Positions 45,939 to 51,592 of a stretch of 51,592 bases of DNA are shown here, in pieces. The position numbers were made by a program, and so were the translations under genes. Origin of the DNA: a virus (lineage: Duplodnaviria; Caudoviricetes). The notes beneath the pieces are model-generated. The model worked only from the letters and a program-made list of their open reading frames with translations, did no database searches and was not told the DNA's origin. The stretch's first letter is position 1; each line of letters opens with the position of its first letter. The stretch spans positions 1-51,592 of IMG/VR virus record IMGVR_UViG_3300043764_000039, one strand, 5' to 3'.

Positions 45939-46247
45939 CTATTCCCGTGCGGCGGATTGGAGGGCGTCCCAGGTCTGCGGCCAGCAGCGGTCGGCGTGGG
46001 CCTGGACGATGGTGGGGTGCTGGCGGACAGCGGCGGCGAGCCGGTCACGCTCCACCTGGAGGCGCCCGTGCTCGGCGTTCTCCTCCGTGCTCCAGGTGCG
46101 GCGCTCGACGATCTGCTCAGGCGACGGGAACCGCTCGCGGCGGTCCCGCTCGACGCGGTTGGTGAACTCGGCGAGCGCGGCCTCGGCGGCGAGGCGCTCG
46201 GCCTGGAGCTGGACGAGGTCGGGCGGCAGGGGCAGGGCGTCGGGCAC
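45939..46247 (-). CDS. Hypothetical helical protein
   Basis: LPPDLVQLQ...HP...L; GC3 bias. Confidence 0.7.
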   Translation of the reverse strand: MPDALPLPPDLVQLQAERLAAEAALAEFTNRVERDRRERFPSPEQIVERRTWSTEENAEHGRLQVERDRLAAAVRQHPTIVQAHADRCWPQTWDALQSAARE

Positions 46248-46286
46248 GGGCAGATCCTAGGGTGCGGGTCGGACAGGGTGGTCGGA

Positions 46287-46586
46287 TCACTCGCCGCCGA
46301 GGCCTGCGGATTCCAGGCCTTCGACGGTGAGGGGCCGGATGGTGGCGGGGTCGTGCCGGAACCAGCCCCAGCCCTTGGCGGGGTCTGGGTCCATGCGCCA
46401 GCGGACGTAGGCGGCCCAGTAGCCGGGGCAGCGGCGCCAGATGGTGAGGAGCCCGGGTTGCCAGCGGCCCTCCACCCTGATGATCACGATCTGCCAGGTT
46501 TCGCGGCACTGGTGCGGGCCGGGGGCCCCGAGGTCGCGCGGGTCCGCGGGCTCGGCGTCGCGGTGATCGTGGGGCTGGTGGTGCAC
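46287..46586 (-). CDS. Hypothetical protein, probably leaderless and SOS-controlled
   Basis: GTG 6 nt after GATACT; Trp-rich. Confidence 0.65.
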   Translation of the reverse strand: MHHQPHDHRDAEPADPRDLGAPGPHQCRETWQIVIIRVEGRWQPGLLTIWRRCPGYWAAYVRWRMDPDPAKGWGWFRHDPATIRPLTVEGLESAGLGGE

Positions 46587-46588
46587 GA

Positions 46589-46634
46589 GACCAGTATCGC
46601 TCACATGTTCGACCAGTATCGCTCACATGTTCGA
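46589..46634. repeat. Perfect 22-bp tandem duplication, each copy carrying a LexA-box-like site
   Basis: GACCAGTATCGCTCACATGTTC x2; TCGCTC-ACAT-GTTCGA at 46597 and 46619. Confidence 0.85.
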
Positions 46635-46737
46635 TTCAGCGCCGGCGGGGCTCCCACATCACATGCCTGCGCCCCGCCCGGCAACGGCCGAGCGGGGCGC
46701 TTTCCTGGTTACGGCTTGCGGTGCTGTTCGGTGCCCG

Positions 46738-47787
46738 TCAGTTCACTGGCTGCCCGGGGTCGTCCAGCCACGCGGTCTGGTGGCCGTCCGGGGTGACCGT
46801 GAGCCCAAACCGCTCGATCCCGGGGCGCCCGGCGGCGTCCCACCACCGGTACGCGCCGCTCAGCTCGGACCACAGGTCACGTGGCCCCGACTCGACCACC
46901 GCGTGAGGGGCGTCCCAGTCGGCGTAGCGGCAGTGCGCGTAGCTGGTCCCGTCCCACACTTCGGATCGGCCGGTGCCCCACCGGGCGTGTTCCGCCCACA
47001 CCTCCATCGACGTCACGCCGGGCAGGCGCAGGCCGATGGCGAACGCTGCGGCGTGGGTCTGCTGGACGTCGCAGGGATCGACGGTAGACGGCGAGTACCG
47101 CACGTCGTCCACGTCGAACGGCTTGGAGTCCGGCCGCTGCGAGCGGACCCACATGAAGGCGACGTCTTCCACGAAGGTGCCGGCCGCCGACCCGTCCTCA
47201 CCGACCACCAGTTTCAGCAGCGCTCCGTTGCAGTACGGCGTGCCGAACGGAACCAGGATGATGCCGCCGGGTCGGGTCTGCTCGATCCATGCCCGGGGCA
47301 CGCGCTGCACGGCCGCGGTGGCGTGGACGCGGTCGTACGGTGCCCCGTCCGGGTGGCCGGCGTAGCCGTCCCCGATGACCGTCCGGGGGTGCAGCCCGGA
47401 CCGCTTCAGCCGCTCGTGCGCCTGAGCGGCCACGGTGGGGTCAACCTCGATGGTGGTGACGTTCCCGTCGCCCAGGCCGTGGGCGAGCAGTGCGGCCGTC
47501 CATCCAGTGCCGGTGCCGACGTCCAGCACCCGCATCCCGCGCTCCGCCCCCAGGTGGTGGAGCATGAACCGCACCACCTTGGGCTGCGAGCTGGAACTGG
47601 TGGGTGTTCCGTTGCCGTTGCCGCCGTCGTCCAGCTGCGTCGTCAGCGCGATGTCCGAGGCCACCAGCTCTGCCCACCGCTGCGGCTGTTCGCTGCGGTC
47701 GATCCACTCACCGTCGTGGAAGAGCCGGTCCGGCGCGAAGGCACCGCGCGGTACCGCCTCGAATGTGCTGTCCCAGTCCACGCGCAT
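46738..47787 (-). CDS. PIMT/PCMT-family SAM methyltransferase, RiPP-associated type
   Basis: VPRGAF, TSSSSQP, VLDVGTGTGWTAALL, GDG, YDRVHAT, RPGG; long C-terminus ending FGLTV...WLDDP. Confidence 0.9.
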   Translation of the reverse strand: MRVDWDSTFEAVPRGAFAPDRLFHDGEWIDRSEQPQRWAELVASDIALTTQLDDGGNGNGTPTSSSSQPKVVRFMLHHLGAERGMRVLDVGTGTGWTAALLAHGLGDGNVTTIEVDPTVAAQAHERLKRSGLHPRTVIGDGYAGHPDGAPYDRVHATAAVQRVPRAWIEQTRPGGIILVPFGTPYCNGALLKLVVGEDGSAAGTFVEDVAFMWVRSQRPDSKPFDVDDVRYSPSTVDPCDVQQTHAAAFAIGLRLPGVTSMEVWAEHARWGTGRSEVWDGTSYAHCRYADWDAPHAVVESGPRDLWSELSGAYRWWDAAGRPGIERFGLTVTPDGHQTAWLDDPGQPVN

Positions 47788-47897
47788 CACTTGCTCGGCG
47801 CGGGCGGGACGGGCTTGCTCCACTGACCGTCGTTGGTCTTCGGCGAGCCGTTCTTGTCTCCGGACGATCCGCCCTTGCCGTCTCCGTGCTTGCCCAT
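47787..47897 (-). CDS. 36-aa Gly/Lys/Asp-rich peptide, candidate RiPP precursor
   Basis: MGKHGDGKGGSSGDKNGSPKTNDGQWSKPVPPAPSK; SD AGGAG; TGATG-coupled to the methyltransferase. Confidence 0.8.
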   Translation of the reverse strand: MGKHGDGKGGSSGDKNGSPKTNDGQWSKPVPPAPSK

Positions 47898-47906
47898 GAT
47901 GGTCTC

Positions 47907-47987
47907 CTACTTGCTCGCGCTGGTGGTGGTCTTGGCGGGGGGCGTCGGCCCCGGCCCCGGCGGCCTCATCGGCCCGGGTGTCGTCAT
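47907..47987 (-). CDS. 26-aa Pro/Thr-rich peptide
   Basis: MTTPGPMRPPGPGPTPPAKTTTSASK; SD GGAGG; stop overlaps next SD. Confidence 0.55.
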   Translation of the reverse strand: MTTPGPMRPPGPGPTPPAKTTTSASK

Positions 47988-48104
47988 CGTGTTCCCTCCG
48001 TAGTGCGGTTGGAACGGCGGCGGGAGCAGCCTCGGGGGATGCCGGCCCCCGCCGCCGGCTGTGCGCCTCCCGATGCGCTTGCATGCCCGGGAGGAGTCGG
48101 TGTG

Positions 48105-48299
48105 TCAGCTGCGGTGCTGCGGGCACTCGCAGGCCGGCCATCTGGCTGAGGGGTGCCGGTCGTAGATGCTGACGGAGTCCGGATCGACGGTGGTCGTTCC
48201 GCTGTCGCGAGACCGGGTGCCGTCCTCGGCGACGCGGTACGTGCGGATGCTGAGGCCCTGGCGGCGCTTCTCCGGCGGGACGAAGTCGCGGCCAGTCAC
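48105..48299 (-). CDS. 64-aa protein ending WPACECPQHR
   Basis: GTGA overlap; paralogue of 45729-45887. Confidence 0.7.
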   Translation of the reverse strand: MTGRDFVPPEKRRQGLSIRTYRVAEDGTRSRDSGTTTVDPDSVSIYDRHPSARWPACECPQHRS

Positions 48300-48487
48300 C
48301 GCAGCCTCCGGGCGCGATGTGTGCGGCTGGCGGCGAGCTGGGACAGCACGGAGCGACTGCGCGCGGCCCGGTCCAGGTTCTCGATGATGAGCTCGTTGGT
48401 GCCGTGGTCGGAGGGCCAGATCCCCGAGCCTGACGCGGTCTCGGCGAGTTCGCGTCGCCGGTGCAGGTTGTCGGTGGATCGTCTCAA
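48296..48487 (-). CDS. 63-aa hypothetical protein
   Basis: SD AAGGAGG before TTG. Confidence 0.6.
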   Translation of the reverse strand: MRRSTDNLHRRRELAETASGSGIWPSDHGTNELIIENLDRAARSRSVLSQLAASRTHRARRLR

Positions 48488-48764
48488 GGTGGCCTCCTTG
48501 GTGGGGCCGCCCGGCGCTGCTTCCACAGGTTGCCGAGGGGGATCGGTACACCTCGCGCCGGGCGGCTGTTCGTGGCTGCCCCGCAGGCCCAGGGCGGGGG
48601 ACGCCCGGCTCGTTCCTGCGGAGAAGCATGACCAGTGAACGACCGTCAGGCCGCTGCCGGTAAGGAAGAAGTCCGGTCGTTCCGCTCGCGCGGGACCGGA
48701 AATTTTGGTCTGCGCTTTACCTGTCCGACTGCCCTTTCCGTAGTCGCAGCGCTACCGTGCGCTC

Positions 48765-50033
48765 ATGGGTGACAATGTCACGCTCCGCCACGCCATCGCC
48801 GAACTCGGTGTCTCGCACGCTGAGTTAGCTCATCGCGTCAACGATCACACGCAGTCGCTGACGGGCCGGTACGGGACCTGCACCGAACGCACAGTGCACA
48901 ACTGGGTGACTGGCAAGACCGGTTGGCCCAATGCCCGGCAGCGTGCCGCCTTGCAGGCAGTATTCGGCTGTCCGGCCCAGGAACTAGGCTTCACCCCTCG
49001 GGGCGCCCAGCGTCCCGACGCGCCACCGGAGGATCAACCTGTGCGGCGCCGCACCTTCATGATGTCCGGGCCGACCGCAGCAGCAGCGGCCGCCATCCCA
49101 CTGCTCGCCACCCGCCACACCATCGGCTTGTCCGATATCGACCGGATGCGGGCTGGCCTGACGACCCTTGACGCGCTGGACGACCACCAGGGCGGCCACG
49201 GCGCCCTTGAACGCGCCGCACTGGCTGGCGCCCGGCAGGTCCTCGACCTGCAGCAGAGCGGCAGCGCCAGCGAACGCGTGCGCCGCCGGCTGTTCGCGCT
49301 CGCGGCCGACTTCACGGCCGTGGCCGCCTGGTCGTGCATCGACGCGCGGGAACCCGACCGGGCTGCGCAGCATCTCGACCGGTGCGCGACGCTGGCCGGC
49401 CTTGCGCAGGACTCGACCGCGCAGTTGCGGGTGTGGAACTCGATCGCGATCCTGGCGAACCAGGAGAAGCGGCACGGGGACGCGGTGGCCGCCGGTCGGG
49501 CCGCGCAGCGGACGGGCATCACCCGCCGGGACCCGCTGTTCGCATCGCTGGCGCACGCCCGCACAGCTGTGGGCCTGGCGAACCTCGGGGATCGTCAGGG
49601 CGCACTGCGGTCGCTCGGGCTCGCCGGCGACGCCCTCAACCGCGCCGGCGACCAGCCACGCTCGACGTGGATGGCGTTCTACGGGCCGGCCGAGCTGCAC
49701 GCCCTCACCGCGATCGCCCACGACCGGCTCGGCGACGCCGAACAGACCGAATCGGCCTCACACCGCGCGCTGGCCATCCTCCCGCCCCGGTTCCGCCGCA
49801 ACCGGGCACTGACCACAGCCCGGCTCGCCCTCGCGCAGCTCCACCAGGGCGACGCCGAGCACGCCACCGCCACGGCCAGCGCAGTGTTCGACCTGATGTC
49901 CGATGCCCCGCTGCCCGCCCGGATCCGGACACTGCTCGGCGACTTCTACCGCGACCTGTTGACCCTTTCGGCGACGGCCCCCGCTGCGCGAGAGTGGGCG
50001 GACCGCTTCCGTACCGAATGGAGTCGATCTTGA
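48765..50033 (+). CDS. XRE-HTH + TPR-like helical-repeat regulator
   Basis: SHAELAHRVN...ERTVHNWVTG..WP HTH; Ala/Leu-rich helical repeats; TACCGT 6 nt upstream of ATG (leaderless). Confidence 0.85.
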   Translation: MGDNVTLRHAIAELGVSHAELAHRVNDHTQSLTGRYGTCTERTVHNWVTGKTGWPNARQRAALQAVFGCPAQELGFTPRGAQRPDAPPEDQPVRRRTFMMSGPTAAAAAAIPLLATRHTIGLSDIDRMRAGLTTLDALDDHQGGHGALERAALAGARQVLDLQQSGSASERVRRRLFALAADFTAVAAWSCIDAREPDRAAQHLDRCATLAGLAQDSTAQLRVWNSIAILANQEKRHGDAVAAGRAAQRTGITRRDPLFASLAHARTAVGLANLGDRQGALRSLGLAGDALNRAGDQPRSTWMAFYGPAELHALTAIAHDRLGDAEQTESASHRALAILPPRFRRNRALTTARLALAQLHQGDAEHATATASAVFDLMSDAPLPARIRTLLGDFYRDLLTLSATAPAAREWADRFRTEWSRS

Positions 50034-50542
50034 TTGAGCTGCGGCACTACCACCACGGCGACTTGCCGGCCGACTTCCGCGACATGCTGCTCAGTGTCCA
50101 CGCGGACGCCTACGCGGACCAGATGGACGACCCGTTCGTACAGCGCTTCCCCTGGTTCGTGGATCACTGGTCGGGGATTCCCGGCTTCGCGTGCGTGGTC
50201 GGCTTCGACGCTGACGAACCGGTCGGCTTCGCCTACGGGGCGCCGGCGCGGACCGGACGGGAGTGGTGGCGCGAGCACGTTGCGCCCGCGCCGGCGCGTG
50301 ATTCGACCTTCTCGGTGTCGGAGCTGATGGTGCGCCCGAAGTGGCGCAAGACCGGCACGTCCGAGCGGCTGCACGCGGCGCTGATAGCCGACCGCCCCGA
50401 GGCGCTGGCCGTGCTACTGGTGGACCCGGACCACCCGAAGGTTCAGGCCCTGTACGAGACGTGGGGGTATCGCAAGGTTGGCGATCGGCAGCCGTTCCCG
50501 GACTCGCCCCGGTATGCGGTGATGCTCCGCGATCTGCCCTGA
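50030..50542 (+). CDS. GNAT acetyltransferase
   Basis: VGFAYG, ELMVRPKWRKTG, ALYETWGY; TTGA overlap. Confidence 0.88.
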   Translation: MIELRHYHHGDLPADFRDMLLSVHADAYADQMDDPFVQRFPWFVDHWSGIPGFACVVGFDADEPVGFAYGAPARTGREWWREHVAPAPARDSTFSVSELMVRPKWRKTGTSERLHAALIADRPEALAVLLVDPDHPKVQALYETWGYRKVGDRQPFPDSPRYAVMLRDLP

Positions 50543-50554
50543 GAGGAGACGGTC

Positions 50555-50713
50555 ATGGAACTGCCCTGGGTTGACCCGCGGTACGCCGCACTGGTCGAGC
50601 ACTACGAGCGGCAGCAGGACAGCGACACGGATGTGCCGCCGCTCGCACTGGGCCCGGAGGACGCTCCGGGCTCGGTCGGCCGTGGGTTCATCCTCGAGCG
50701 GCTCGACGGCTGA
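50555..50713 (+). CDS. 52-aa hypothetical protein
   Basis: SD GAGGAG; MELPWVDPRYAALVE... Confidence 0.55.
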   Translation: MELPWVDPRYAALVEHYERQQDSDTDVPPLALGPEDAPGSVGRGFILERLDG

Positions 50714-51111
50714 GTCGCCCGGCGGCCGGCCCGCTCGGGTGAGCGGTCCGGCCGCCTCAGCGGCGCGATCCACCAGGTCACGCGGCCAGCTGAGAGTTCA
50801 CCGGGCCGTCGGTACCCGGTGGTAGTCGCGTGGATTGGTAGGACGTATGCTCCCGTCTGGCGGGATCTCCCGCCGGCCGGGGGAGCACGCAGAGGAGAGC
50901 GCTACCCCGATGACCGTCACCCTGCCGTCCGCGCGGCGATCGCCGCTGAGCCCGGGCGCCTGTTTACTCACCACGCGCTGAGCCGCAGCGGCCGGAGTCT
51001 TGCCTGCCAGGCACGGGGTTGGACAATTCGGGCGCGCATGTTGACCATCTGACAAGTCGACGCCCCGCCGCCGAAGTCGACCCCCGCCCTGCCGTAGCGG
51101 ACATCGGCCAC

Positions 51112-51348
51112 CTACTCGTCCCGCAGCAGCCGCCAGCTGGGCACTCCGAGTGCATGAGCGATCATCACGATGGCGTCGAGGCTCGCGGAGTGGGTGCCGA
51201 GCTCGGTGCGGTAAATGCTGTGCCGGCCGAGGCCTGCCGCCTCGGCGAGCCGTTCCTGAGACCATCCGCGCTGGGTCCGTAGAGCTCGGATTCGGCGTCC
51301 GACCTGCTGTCGGTGGTCGAGCACCCAGGGAGGCAGTTCGGTCGGCAC
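51112..51348 (-). CDS. Small XRE-family HTH protein
   Basis: IRALRTQRGWSQERLAEAAGL...IYRTELG. Confidence 0.9.
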   Translation of the reverse strand: MPTELPPWVLDHRQQVGRRIRALRTQRGWSQERLAEAAGLGRHSIYRTELGTHSASLDAIVMIAHALGVPSWRLLRDE

Positions 51349-51542
51349 CTAGCCACGCTGACCGGTTCATGATCGAATGTCAGCCGCAAATATGCGGCAA
51401 AATGCCTGGTCACTCGGCGTTCATCGCCGACTGCCGCGCATCACAGAGACTGCTCCCCGGCGTGCGCCGGCGGAGTGCAGGAGCGGGTTCGGGAGGTTGC
51501 GTATCCCCTCGGGCCCGTTAGATGCCACCATGTGGCATCCCG

Positions 51543-51592
51543 CCCCGGCGTGCGTGCACGCCGGGGCGGTCTAATTTGTACGCCACAGAGCC
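51543..51592 (+). repeat. Imperfect terminal direct repeat, copy 2
   Basis: 47/50 identical to 1-50. Confidence 0.95.

Larger units (their letters stand above)
331..51592. mobile_element. Temperate siphovirus-like prophage integrated at tRNA-Thr(TGT); probably extends slightly beyond the right edge
   Basis: Integrase beside tRNA 3'-half core, immunity switch, terminase-portal-protease-capsid-tail-lysis gene order. Confidence 0.93.

Noticed and set aside
46589-46634. CRISPR-like array
   Set aside because: Two adjacent copies with no spacer; no cas genes; no repeat-spacer array seen anywhere in the window.
46738-48141. 467-aa start for the methyltransferase given by the ORF track
   Set aside because: The N-terminal 118 codons are off-frame readings of the peptide genes and hairpins; ATG 47787 is coupled to the peptide stop.
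50714-51111. Possible gene remnant between the GNAT operon and terminal XRE
   Set aside because: No frame with convincing start, codon bias or motif.

Overview
A near-complete, high-GC temperate siphovirus-type prophage of an actinomycete (Streptomycetaceae-like, inferred from GC, WhiB and DUF6011/DUF2637/DUF6221-like genes). Left to right: attachment region with the 3' half of tRNA-Thr(TGT) flanked by integrase arm-type repeats on BOTH sides; tyrosine integrase; XRE repressor/Cro/Xis switch with an SOS box; early recombination/replication genes (Bet/RecT, WhiB, Rep with iterons, PD-(D/E)XK nuclease); a second small divergent switch; a plasmid-type spread/transfer-like membrane module; terminase, HK97-type head, neck, two tail-tube paralogues, frameshifted chaperone, tape measure, tail tip; a lysis cassette with a papain-like protease; and a right-arm accessory region. 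The most notable items, several missing from the ORF track: (1) a small-peptide + PIMT methyltransferase operon (imiditide/pamtide-like RiPP architecture) divergent from an XRE-TPR regulator/GNAT operon, a candidate phage-borne modified-peptide system; (2) an SpdA-like / motor-less TraB-like module with clt-like repeats and a palindrome family spread through the early region; (3) a hidden 85-aa overlapping head-region gene that seems to start at ATC; (4) the 50-bp terminal repeat is probably not the true att, and the left end looks like an attP-type junction of tandem related elements. Family names come from motif recognition only; no searches were run.
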